Virus genome (UHGV): UHGV-1371557
DNA: 37,452 nt
Strand: one strand, 5' to 3'
Origin: a virus
In this document: piece after piece, positions 6,741-14,957 of the stretch
Numbering within the stretch: the stretch's first letter is position 1
Layout: each line of letters starts with the position of its first letter
The notes under the pieces: generated by a model
The model's database searches: none
Told to the model about the DNA's origin: nothing
Seen by the model: only the letters and a program-made list of their open reading frames with translations
Translations under genes and position numbers: made by a program

Positions 6741-8004
6741 GCATAAATACATACCACTCGACATCTTCGCCATGCAGGACGCTAAGATAGAAGCACTGAC
6801 TGCAGAGCATGGGATGGCGGGCTGGGGCATCTACACCGCCCTCCTCCTAAAGCTCGCACAGCAAGATGAAGATGGGTACACTTATCCAAACAACGCCAAG
6901 CGCCTGGCGAACATCCTGCCAAAGCGCCCAAGGGCGGAAGTCGTGCGATCCACTATTGAGGACTTCGGTCTGTTTGAGATCGCCACCGATGAGGATGGAG
7001 TAGAGTACTTCTACTCACCACGCCTCACCTCACATCTCTCAACTCTTGGCGGTGCAGATAAAAAGCAAGGCGAAGAAGCTGCACCGAAGAAGCGCAGCTA
7101 CAATGTAAGTCAAGCGGTCAAAGAAGGCTTAGATAGAGCTCGCGAGGCTAAGCGCAATCGCTCAAAAGTAGAAGATGAAAGTAGAAAAGTAGAGAGCAAA
7201 GTAGAAACGAAAGTAGAGACAAAAGCAGTCAAAAGTAGAAAAGTAGAGAAAGCAGAAATGAAAGTAGACGAAAGTAGAGAAGGCGTTTCTACTTTGCCCT
7301 CTACTTTCAGCTCTACTTTGGGGGGGACTATAGGGGGGGTAAATACCCCCCTAAAAGAAAAAGATAAAATAGAAGATGAAAGTCTCCCCCAAACCCCCAG
7401 GGGGGGCTTTGAGAGCGCGCAGAAAGAAATAGATGCGATAGAGGACCCTGCGCTTCGCGCTATGGTTAGCTCGCTAATGTATCCGAACTCAGATATGCGA
7501 GACTTCGGTAAGGTGTGGCGAGCACTCTATGAAGAGGCGACTGCTGGTGATGATGGCTTCGCTAAGTCAAGCATCCTATCGCAGGCCATATGTAGAGACG
7601 GGCATGAGCTGTTTGTTGCGCTGATGCCCGACCGACCAGATGGGAATGCCAAGGAGCGTCCCACGGTGGCGACCACACTAAACGCAATAGCCCAATTCCG
7701 AAAGATGATGGAAGAAGCCAAGGCATCCACCTTCCTACGAGGCAATCGAGCCATGGCGAGTCTGTCGTGGCTTGTCAAGCCAGATAACTTCGCTAAGGTC
7801 GTGGAGGGGTGCTATCGAGACAACACTGCCTCCAAGCCGTCATCTCCTCCTCCTGCATCCCAGAACTACTCAAACCATATGTGGGATGAAGTCAAGGCTT
7901 CGCAGGCGCAGGCCGAAGATAGCGAGGAGATGAAGGCATACAAGGCTTCTGTACTCAAGATAACACGAAGAGAAGGCGAACAGCAAAAAAAACAACAGCA
8001 ATGA
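6733..8004 (+). CDS. Replication initiator/replisome organiser (N-terminal phage-replication-initiator-like domain; iterons lie inside the coding sequence)
   Basis: 423-aa ORF. The N-terminus (IPLDIFAMQDAKIEALTAEHGMAGWGIYTALLLKLAQ) resembles phage replication initiator N-domains. It contains the iteron array, and its stop overlaps the start of the DnaC-like loader gene. Confidence 0.7.
   Translation: MCKHKYIPLDIFAMQDAKIEALTAEHGMAGWGIYTALLLKLAQQDEDGYTYPNNAKRLANILPKRPRAEVVRSTIEDFGLFEIATDEDGVEYFYSPRLTSHLSTLGGADKKQGEEAAPKKRSYNVSQAVKEGLDRAREAKRNRSKVEDESRKVESKVETKVETKAVKSRKVEKAEMKVDESREGVSTLPSTFSSTLGGTIGGVNTPLKEKDKIEDESLPQTPRGGFESAQKEIDAIEDPALRAMVSSLMYPNSDMRDFGKVWRALYEEATAGDDGFAKSSILSQAICRDGHELFVALMPDRPDGNAKERPTVATTLNAIAQFRKMMEEAKASTFLRGNRAMASLSWLVKPDNFAKVVEGCYRDNTASKPSSPPPASQNYSNHMWDEVKASQAQAEDSEEMKAYKASVLKITRREGEQQKKQQQ
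7166..7406. repeat. Candidate origin of replication: at least 9 direct AAGTAGA iterons (7166-7278), 3 inverted TCTACTT copies (7288-7318), then G7/C6 inverted runs flanking a 32-nt A-rich tract (7320-7406)
   Basis: Iteron start positions are 7166, 7179, 7187, 7199, 7211, 7233, 7241, 7262 and 7272, mostly 8-13 nt apart. The inverted copies are at 7288, 7300 and 7312. Next come GGGGGGG-ACTATA-GGGGGGG-TAAATA-CCCCCC, an AT-rich stretch, CCCCC-AAA-CCCCC-A-GGGGGGG. The whole array stays in frame within the initiator gene. Confidence 0.7.
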
Positions 8005-8765
8005 TTAACGAGCAACCACAGCCAAAAGAGGGTGCGCTTCCACTCGCCTCGGAGTTTGTCAAGAAGATCAAAGAGGAGCGGACGGCAGGCCTACCGCCAC
8101 GATCGGTCTATGATGCGTACCGAGGTATAAAACTTGATGATGCGCTGGACTATATCACAGAGCTTGGCAAGCTGAGGGAGGAGCGATTTTCTCTTGACAA
8201 TGATACTCTGGCTCTCGGATATGCAAAAGCGGTTTCTTGGCTACTCGCCCTGCCACATCCAGAGATAGACGACCCGATGAAGGGGCTTATCGTAACAGGC
8301 GAGACTGGTACAGGTAAGACGCTTCTTGTGACTCTACTGCGAGACCTTAGTGAAATGCTTGGTGTACAGCGACCATTCTACGACGGTGTGAATAGCCGAC
8401 GAACTATGAAGCCCTTCCTGTGGAATGGTGAGACGCACGCCCTTTGGCATATGGCGGATCTTATGGACAGTACAGATGGCAGGTACACCGCCCTGGACTA
8501 TCGGGTGCTTCACATAGGTGACCTCGGTAGTGAGCCTGTCACCTTCCAGCGCTATGGGAACAAGGCGAGTCTGGCGGACCTCATAAACCAGCGATCCGAC
8601 TATGGGTATCGAGACGCACCGATCGTCGCTACCACAAACCTCCCATGGGCTGAACTTCAACGCTACGGAGACCGTGCGGTATCTCGCCTTCGTGGCGACT
8701 GCATCGAGGTACGGCTCGTAGGAGTGCCAGACCACAGAATGAACAGAACGAAAACGAGTATTTAA
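8001..8765 (+). CDS. DnaC/IstB-like helicase-loader ATPase
   Basis: Walker A GETGTGKT, Walker B-like LHIGDLG, and a C-terminal segment ATTNLPWAELQ... typical of DnaC/IstB. The start ATG overlaps the initiator stop (ATGA). Confidence 0.8.
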   Translation: MINEQPQPKEGALPLASEFVKKIKEERTAGLPPRSVYDAYRGIKLDDALDYITELGKLREERFSLDNDTLALGYAKAVSWLLALPHPEIDDPMKGLIVTGETGTGKTLLVTLLRDLSEMLGVQRPFYDGVNSRRTMKPFLWNGETHALWHMADLMDSTDGRYTALDYRVLHIGDLGSEPVTFQRYGNKASLADLINQRSDYGYRDAPIVATTNLPWAELQRYGDRAVSRLRGDCIEVRLVGVPDHRMNRTKTSI

Positions 8766-8774
8766 TCCAAACCT

Positions 8775-9074
8775 ATGGACAACGAAATCAAAATTAAGGG
8801 AACAGTAGCCGTCCTCTGTCCACTTATGCAGGGGAGAAGTAAATCAACGGGCAGCCTCTGGCAGTCGCAGGTATTCGTGCTTGATACAGGCGGACGCTTC
8901 CCAAGTAAAGTGCCGATTAAGCTCTTCGGCGAGACTATCGAGAAGTTTCCCCTGCGATTAGGGCAAGAGGTGACCGCCTATATCGACCTCGACGGACGCG
9001 AGTACAACGGAACTTGGTACCCAGAAGTCAAGGCGTGGAAGATCGAGTACTCCACAGGCGCTGCGCAGGCCTAA
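8775..9074 (+). CDS. Hypothetical small protein, possibly an OB-fold/ssDNA-binding type
   Basis: 99-aa ORF in the replication module. No motif was recognised with confidence. Confidence 0.45.
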   Translation: MDNEIKIKGTVAVLCPLMQGRSKSTGSLWQSQVFVLDTGGRFPSKVPIKLFGETIEKFPLRLGQEVTAYIDLDGREYNGTWYPEVKAWKIEYSTGAAQA

Positions 9075-9087
9075 CTCGTGTAAGATT

Positions 9088-9645
9088 ATGGATGATCCAA
9101 ATCAAAAGAAGCCTCTCCTTATTGGAATAGATCCTGATACGGAGGCTTCTGGGTGGGCTGTAGTCAATCTCAACGATCGGACTATTCACCTCGAGACTAT
9201 GCCATTCCTGATAGTCTTAGATCGGCTCAACTTCTTTGAAACCTTATGCTGCTTACACGAACATCGAGGCGAGAAGGAGTGCGCCTACCGCTTCGTGCTG
9301 GAAGACGTGTGGAGTATCTCGCACAACTGGCACGCCAAAAGGAGCGACAGCATCAATGTGGCAGCCAAGAAAGGCTACCACCTTGGGCGGTGCGCTATGG
9401 TTGGTGAGCTTATCCGAGATGCGATACAGGAAAAAGAGTTCCCGATCATCTGCCAAAAGCCACTGCTCAAGCACTGGAGAGGACAAGATGGAAAGATCAC
9501 CCACTCTGAAATACTCGAAGTATGCAGGCGTCACAATCTGACGCTCCCGAAGAGCAAGCAGGCCCGCACTAACCAAGAGGAGAGAGATGCGCTGCTCCTC
9601 GCTATCCACCACATCGCAACACCTACCAAACTATTCGACAAATGA
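9088..9645 (+). CDS. RuvC-like Holliday-junction resolvase
   Basis: N-terminal LLIGIDPDTEASGWAV resembles the RuvC catalytic Asp motif. Its position after the replication genes fits. Confidence 0.55.
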   Translation: MDDPNQKKPLLIGIDPDTEASGWAVVNLNDRTIHLETMPFLIVLDRLNFFETLCCLHEHRGEKECAYRFVLEDVWSISHNWHAKRSDSINVAAKKGYHLGRCAMVGELIRDAIQEKEFPIICQKPLLKHWRGQDGKITHSEILEVCRRHNLTLPKSKQARTNQEERDALLLAIHHIATPTKLFDK

Positions 9646-10004
9646 CAATCACACTACTACTCTTACTTTCTGCAGGACTGCTCGTGATGGGCTACCTCAT
9701 CTGGACGCTACACTCACGCCTTCGCCTTCTTGAACGGATGGATGCTACCCGCAAGCGAGAGGCACGAGATCTATCTAAGATGCAGGGCGGGGTGGCACAC
9801 TACTTCTCCTTCGTCAGCGAACAGCAACACAAGCTACTCGAGATGCTTGGCAAGGTCAATGACTTCACCCTCAAGCTCGCAGAGAAGGTGCTGACCAAGG
9901 ATGAGTATCAAGCCCCCACGGCTAAGCCTGCAACGCTGGAGCGTGTGCCACGCCCCCTGCGCACGAAGCCCGTGATGAACCCGCAACCAACCACAGACAA
10001 ATAG
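9642..10004 (+). CDS. Membrane-anchored protein (N-terminal TM)
   Basis: 120-aa ORF with an ATGA overlap with the previous gene and a hydrophobic N-terminus. Confidence 0.5.
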   Translation: MTITLLLLLSAGLLVMGYLIWTLHSRLRLLERMDATRKREARDLSKMQGGVAHYFSFVSEQQHKLLEMLGKVNDFTLKLAEKVLTKDEYQAPTAKPATLERVPRPLRTKPVMNPQPTTDK

Positions 10005-10012
10005 CAACGAAT

Positions 10013-10606
10013 ATGGAATACAAACTTTACAACGCAGATACGCTCAACCGCTACGCCAAGGACTGCCACCAGCGGGCAGTAGCTAAAGGCTTTTGGGATG
10101 AGCAACACTCCGTCGGGCATTATCTGATGCTGGCCTTCGGAGAGCTTCACGAGGCTATCGAAGCAGACCGCATCGGGAAGTGGGCAAAGCTCGACCCCGA
10201 CACGATAGACACACTCCAGCGTATAGCGGGTGCGCCCTATACTCAAGAGTTCCTACGTGAGATCAAGGACACCGTGGAGGACGAGATTGCCGACGCAGTG
10301 ATACGCCTGCTCGACCTGCTGGGGTGGATTATCGGAGATAGGACACTTGCAGGCTTTGAGGTGAATGTCGGGCGAGGTGCATATGAGAAGGAAGAGCCAC
10401 CAGTTATGCTCACAGATGCCCTCTTCCCGATCATAGCGAATGCTTCTGACAATTTGATCTTCAGCAACACAACGGCAGGCATCCTAAACTCCATAAAGAC
10501 GCTCGAACAGCTCTGCGACCACCTCGGCATCGACCTGATGGCGCACATCGACCTCAAGCTGAAGTGCAACGAAACACGCCCTGCGAAGCACGGGAAGAAA
10601 TACTAA
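10013..10606 (+). CDS. MazG-like nucleotide pyrophosphohydrolase
   Basis: MazG/HisE-like EAIEAD ... EIADAVIRLLDL pattern. Common in phages. Confidence 0.55.
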   Translation: MEYKLYNADTLNRYAKDCHQRAVAKGFWDEQHSVGHYLMLAFGELHEAIEADRIGKWAKLDPDTIDTLQRIAGAPYTQEFLREIKDTVEDEIADAVIRLLDLLGWIIGDRTLAGFEVNVGRGAYEKEEPPVMLTDALFPIIANASDNLIFSNTTAGILNSIKTLEQLCDHLGIDLMAHIDLKLKCNETRPAKHGKKY

Positions 10607-10637
10607 GGAGATATAACTCAAAGCACATAAAACAAGT

Positions 10638-11021
10638 ATGAACAAGACTAAGATGCTGGAGTGGATAGGCACGCGCCACGTTGGCATATCATCAAGAACG
10701 ATGTGGTGCGCCCTAATGGGTGTTGCCCGCGACGGAGACGGTTCTCACAGCGGCTTTGATGTCCCGTATGATTGGGATGACTTTTCAAGGTGCTACGACC
10801 TTGTCACGTATGGGGAGGTCACGAAAGAGGAGCTTCAAAAGGTCGTTGAAGCATTCCCCTTTTACAAGCCAATCATTGACCGCTGGGATGCCCTTGTTGA
10901 AGCCTATCTAAGTCCAGGTGGCAAGGGAGTGTACCGAATCCTTGACAGCGTGCATAGTGAGGTAATGGGGCTTAAGGGCTACGTCAATCTGGGCGGTGGA
11001 CTTTACAGCAAGATGTTATAA
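10638..11021 (+). CDS. Hypothetical protein
   Basis: 127-aa ORF. Confidence 0.5.
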   Translation: MNKTKMLEWIGTRHVGISSRTMWCALMGVARDGDGSHSGFDVPYDWDDFSRCYDLVTYGEVTKEELQKVVEAFPFYKPIIDRWDALVEAYLSPGGKGVYRILDSVHSEVMGLKGYVNLGGGLYSKML

Positions 11022-11035
11022 CAACCGATATAGAA

Positions 11036-11644
11036 ATGACTATGACGATCGAAGCATTTACCACCACCCTCTTAGTGATCTACGTTATCTCAACCGTGTT
11101 GTGCGCGTTCTTCTACTTCCGTTGTGTGGATTTAGAGTGTAAGGTGGACGTAGTCCAAGAGTCCAAGGAAGACCTGCGGGAGAGCCTCACGAAGCACAAC
11201 TACTCGCTATTCCAGGAAAAGGAGAAGCTCGAAAAGGAGGTGGTCGCCAAGACCGAGGAGATAGACGAGCTTAAACGATGTACAAGGAAGCTCGCCAAGA
11301 CCAATCGGTTGTGCATCAACATGTACAAAGCAATGCGAGCGGAGCTGAGGGCAAAAGCCCCATATCCTACCGAGGCTATCTCCCGCAAGCTCATCGACAG
11401 AAGCCTGCGACCGCTTGTATGGTGCAAGGCTGGCGACGACGAATGGTGGACAATGGTGAATGCTTGGCGAATACATATCTGCAAGTACTCAGCTGGAGGT
11501 GGCTGGTGCGTCTACTCTGTGTCGGAACGCTTGAAAAGTAATCTCGACATGGTTCTCCCCACCCTCAAAGAAGCTAAGGCGGAGGGGAGAGCGTGGATAG
11601 TCGAGCAGATATACTCAATGTTCAACCGAGATAATCAAGACTAA
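11036..11644 (+). CDS. Hypothetical protein: N-terminal TM, coiled coil, Cys/Trp-rich C-terminus
   Basis: 202-aa ORF. Confidence 0.5.
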   Translation: MTMTIEAFTTTLLVIYVISTVLCAFFYFRCVDLECKVDVVQESKEDLRESLTKHNYSLFQEKEKLEKEVVAKTEEIDELKRCTRKLAKTNRLCINMYKAMRAELRAKAPYPTEAISRKLIDRSLRPLVWCKAGDDEWWTMVNAWRIHICKYSAGGGWCVYSVSERLKSNLDMVLPTLKEAKAEGRAWIVEQIYSMFNRDNQD

Positions 11645-11646
11645 CA

Positions 11647-11934
11647 ATGGATAAGATAAGCACATATTTCATCTCTTTTTTCGTCGGCTACGTGACTGTC
11701 TTCTTTGTCGTTGTTATTCCTCTGGTCGTGTATTACGTGTACACGGTTAGGGTTTACTACGACAAGAAAGACGATCGGCTGATGGACGAGCTTTTCAAAG
11801 AGCTAATCGCACGAAGGGACGCGGAGCGAGAGGCGAGGTGCCAACGCGCGGAGATAGAACGGCTCGCCAAGAAGGTAGCCACCCTCGAGGGGGAGCTGTC
11901 CGCCCTCCGTGCAAATTCATCTAAACAGAAATAA
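11647..11934 (+). CDS. Hypothetical small TM/coiled-coil protein
   Basis: 95-aa ORF. Confidence 0.5.
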   Translation: MDKISTYFISFFVGYVTVFFVVVIPLVVYYVYTVRVYYDKKDDRLMDELFKELIARRDAEREARCQRAEIERLAKKVATLEGELSALRANSSKQK

Positions 11935-11938
11935 GACT

Positions 11939-12292
11939 ATGACCAAAGAACAAAAAGAGGTGCTGACAGCGTGGTGTCTCAACCTGCTTGTCACCTATCG
12001 TGTCGACTTCTTCCGAGGATTAGTGCTATCGGACACGGTGAACTTCTTTAACATGGAAGACCCAGACCGAATAGAGGTAGCGATAGAGAGCTGCCGCGGA
12101 GCCGACAACCTCGGCTTTGCGCCCGATCAGAAGGACTACACCGAGCTACTTAGAGAGCTACGCGAGGTAGCGAAGGAAGTTCCACTAAGCGACACCGCAC
12201 AGAGCGCCATTACCCACGTCTTCGGGGGTGAGTGGGAGGAAGCGATAGAAGCCCTCTACAAGCTCAAGACCGAAAGCAACGAACAGAAGTAA
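11939..12292 (+). CDS. Hypothetical protein
   Basis: The ORF-track start at 11909 is a GTG. The ATG at 11939 follows the previous stop by 5 nt. Confidence 0.5.
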   Translation: MTKEQKEVLTAWCLNLLVTYRVDFFRGLVLSDTVNFFNMEDPDRIEVAIESCRGADNLGFAPDQKDYTELLRELREVAKEVPLSDTAQSAITHVFGGEWEEAIEALYKLKTESNEQK

Positions 12293-12311
12293 CCAATAAA
12301 ACGAAACGACA

Positions 12312-12482
12312 ATGAAGTACATCGTAAAGAACAGACTCACCGACGCTATCTGCGGAGAGTTCGCAACGTATGGGCAGGCTGGCAAATGGGTGGAGGAATA
12401 CACCCACGAGCAGAACGAAGGGCTATCTCCCGACGATCCAAGGTACTGCTCCCCATTTGACTTCATCCTGACAAGTAAGTAG
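12312..12482 (+). CDS. Possible small ORF (56 aa, MKYIVKNRLTDAICGEF...). It is below the 60-aa cut-off of the ORF track.
   Basis: It fills an otherwise empty 270-nt gap and has an A-rich start context. Confidence 0.25.
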   Translation: MKYIVKNRLTDAICGEFATYGQAGKWVEEYTHEQNEGLSPDDPRYCSPFDFILTSK

Positions 12483-12566
12483 GCCACGAGTGCGCCCTGC
12501 TGGTCAAGCCCACTTTCACACACCTCCTTTCGTGGGATCGGGGCGCACTCTACAAACGCAAGAGAT

Positions 12567-12992
12567 ATGGACGCAATAGCAATAGTAGCAATGCTCGTGA
12601 TAGCCTTCCTCGTAGGCCATACTATAGGAGCAACAAGCAACAAGAAGAAGAGGAAGCCTGCTGACGAAGCCCCCGACATAGAGCAAAACGACCGAAAGTG
12701 GGAGATCAATGAGGAGCGCCTCAATAAGCTCAGAGCCGAGATCACCCAAGCGCTCAAAGAGAAGGGGGTGTACAGGTTTGACAGCAAAACAGACAAGGGG
12801 TATGAGGGTCTCTATCTCAACGATGGAGAGCTCTACGAACTACTGAAGCCTTTTCTCCGAAAGGGCTATTTCGTTGAAAGCCACACTGACAGGTTCATAC
12901 ACCTAAATAAATACTTCAAGGTATCAAAGCACAGAGGCAGTTACAGCGAAATATGGGGCGTCACCGAGGCAGATCTGGAGCATGTACTATAA
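12567..12992 (+). CDS. Hypothetical protein with N-terminal TM and a Lys-rich linker
   Basis: 141-aa ORF with an ATG start. Confidence 0.5.
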   Translation: MDAIAIVAMLVIAFLVGHTIGATSNKKKRKPADEAPDIEQNDRKWEINEERLNKLRAEITQALKEKGVYRFDSKTDKGYEGLYLNDGELYELLKPFLRKGYFVESHTDRFIHLNKYFKVSKHRGSYSEIWGVTEADLEHVL

Positions 12993-13013
12993 CACTAAAC
13001 GACACAACGAACT

Positions 13014-13274
13014 ATGACGCAAGAAGAATTGAAAGAGATGGAACGCTTCGCAGCCATCTTAAACTCGCGACTGGAAGAGGTAACGGACAAGTATGAAGAC
13101 ATAGATGACCGCCTCAAACTCCTTGAGGATGCGCGTCTGAGTAATGCATGCAGAGTCATCGACAAAATACAAGAGAAGTACAACGAGCTGGACGACAAGC
13201 TCACCGACCTAAGCGATGCGGTGGATGAGTTCACCAAGGCGGTACGTAAGATGAAGGAAGAGGCACAGCAATGA
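13014..13274 (+). CDS. Hypothetical acidic coiled-coil protein
   Basis: 86-aa ORF. Confidence 0.5.
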   Translation: MTQEELKEMERFAAILNSRLEEVTDKYEDIDDRLKLLEDARLSNACRVIDKIQEKYNELDDKLTDLSDAVDEFTKAVRKMKEEAQQ

Positions 13275-13597
13275 CACGCGAAGAAGTAAAAGCGCAGCTG
13301 GCGAAGAACCCGCTGGAGTGGACACGTGAAGCTCTGCCGCACTTAGATATTGAGTATTTCAAGGCTGAGATAAAGCAGGGTGAACTATGCATCGAGTATC
13401 ACATTCGCTACGATTGTGAAAATTCTGTGCCGAAGCGAGTAGGATTATATCTAACGGCTGCGGATTGCGTGGAGGCGGCAGATGAGTGTATTGAGATGCA
13501 CATATTGGGCAATTTCCCAACCTTGGATGAGCTTAAAGACCTCGCCGAAGCCCACCGCCTCGACTTGATCTGCCGACTGCTCGGCATTAACGACTAA
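13271..13597 (+). CDS. Hypothetical protein
   Basis: 108-aa ORF with an ATGA overlap with the previous gene. Confidence 0.5.
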   Translation: MTREEVKAQLAKNPLEWTREALPHLDIEYFKAEIKQGELCIEYHIRYDCENSVPKRVGLYLTAADCVEAADECIEMHILGNFPTLDELKDLAEAHRLDLICRLLGIND

Positions 13598-13608
13598 GAG
13601 CAACAGAT

Positions 13609-13890
13609 ATGACAAAAGAGCAATTAGAACGTGAGCTTCTACCGCTCAAATGGAGAGACACCAACCGATGTGGCGTGATAGTCACACGCACGGATATAGG
13701 CATCGACTTCTACATTCAGCACCTCGATGGCGTAGGCTTCTTAGTCTACGGAATTGGTGAGTATCGAGACTTCGATGTTATCCCAATCAAGAAGGCCTCT
13801 ATTGAGGAGGCGAAGGACTACGTGTGGGATGTGTACGTAGCAAGCGTACTTGAGATGTTCGACACGTCAGAGCAATGGAGGAAGCAATAG
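13609..13890 (+). CDS. Hypothetical protein
   Basis: 93-aa ORF. Confidence 0.5.
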   Translation: MTKEQLERELLPLKWRDTNRCGVIVTRTDIGIDFYIQHLDGVGFLVYGIGEYRDFDVIPIKKASIEEAKDYVWDVYVASVLEMFDTSEQWRKQ

Positions 13891-13959
13891 GTTAACGAAA
13901 AGCCCATTTGCTTAACAGGTCCACACCAATAGGTTAACGAAAACGCAAATACTTAACAG
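13886..13959. repeat. Two 32-nt direct repeats, AATAGGTTAACGAAAA-N9-CTTAACAG, carrying four (G/C)TTAAC(G/A) boxes. The last box abuts the start codon at 13960.
   Basis: 13886-13918 and 13928-13959 match at 27 of 32 positions. The boxes are at 13891, 13909, 13933 and 13950. Confidence 0.5.
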
Positions 13960-14364
13960 ATGAACGTACTCGACACACAGGTAGGAGGAAGCCACTACAA
14001 GGATATGCGCTTCCAGCCAATCGAACTGATCAGCCTATTAGGCTTGGACTTCTTTCAGGGGAACGTAGTCAAATACGTATCTCGCCACCACGAGAAGGGT
14101 GGCCGTGAGGACTTAGATAAAGCACGGCACTACTGCCAGCTGGCTATGAGCTACGGATATGGACGAGGTCGCCAGCCTACTAAGGCGCAGACGGCTCGCA
14201 TCGCGGTATTCGTCTCGATGAACAGCCTGCCATCCTACACGGCTAAGCGTTTTTCTCGCCTCATCTCCGAAGGCCTTATGTGTCGCAACTGGGATCTGGC
14301 TATGGAGATCATCGATGAAATCACCCAAGGCTACGACGCGCAGGCCTGCAGTACAGACAACTAA
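13960..14364 (+). CDS. DUF3310-like phage protein
   Basis: Pattern GGSHY...QPIE...GNVVKYVSR...DLDKARHY is recalled from the DUF3310 family. Confidence 0.5.
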   Translation: MNVLDTQVGGSHYKDMRFQPIELISLLGLDFFQGNVVKYVSRHHEKGGREDLDKARHYCQLAMSYGYGRGRQPTKAQTARIAVFVSMNSLPSYTAKRFSRLISEGLMCRNWDLAMEIIDEITQGYDAQACSTDN

Positions 14365-14381
14365 CGTAATACACTAACAAT

Positions 14382-14759
14382 ATGGAACTATTCCTCGCAC
14401 GAGTTGCATACAGCAACTTAGATGACAAGAAAGTCGCCGAGAGCTACCTTGTGGATGCTCTCTCATACACCGAGGCGGAGGCTAAGGTGTTAAACTTCTT
14501 CTCCGAAACGACCTCCGATGCTGTGGAGATCAAGACGCTCAAGCCCCTCGGTGTTACTGACGCTGTGGGGCTTGATGTAGACGGAGAGAGCTACCGCTAC
14601 TACGTTATAGGGCTTACCGATGGGAAGGGCAAGATGACCGCTCGCAGGGTGCTTATCAAAGAGCTCTCCGCAATGGATGCCTGTAACTCCATCTCCGACA
14701 GCTGGGAGAACGTGGTCACCTCGGTGCGCCTGCTGGATGTGGTAAACGTAATCAGATAG
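14382..14759 (+). CDS. Hypothetical protein
   Basis: 125-aa ORF. Confidence 0.5.
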   Translation: MELFLARVAYSNLDDKKVAESYLVDALSYTEAEAKVLNFFSETTSDAVEIKTLKPLGVTDAVGLDVDGESYRYYVIGLTDGKGKMTARRVLIKELSAMDACNSISDSWENVVTSVRLLDVVNVIR

Positions 14760-14762
14760 GCT

Positions 14763-14957
14763 ATGAGCGCTGTACTAATCATCGCCGTCACAGGCCTCGT
14801 CCTCGGCTTAATTTTTTTTTTGCCGGGGCTCGTTCTTCCTCAAGTCTACCGACAAGCCCTCTTCGTTGGCAGGCGGCCTGCGTGTGGCATTGGCAACCAT
14901 GCTGGAAAAAGCCAGCCACTTATCACCACGGTCTTTAATCAGAAAGGATATGAGTAA
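14763..14957 (+). CDS. Possible small TM protein. It contains a T10 homopolymer at 14812-14821.
   Basis: 64-aa ORF whose end overlaps the start of the 923-aa gene. Confidence 0.3.
   Translation: MSAVLIIAVTGLVLGLIFFLPGLVLPQVYRQALFVGRRPACGIGNHAGKSQPLITTVFNQKGYE

Noticed and set aside
12488-12550. 10-bp perfect inverted repeat GAGTGCGCCC / GGGCGCACTC enclosing CCCAC...GTGGG, upstream of the 12567 gene
   Set aside because: It is a real structure but isolated. It has no U-tract and no repeat partner, and its loop is unlike hairpins A and B. It is noted only as a possible minor regulatory stem.
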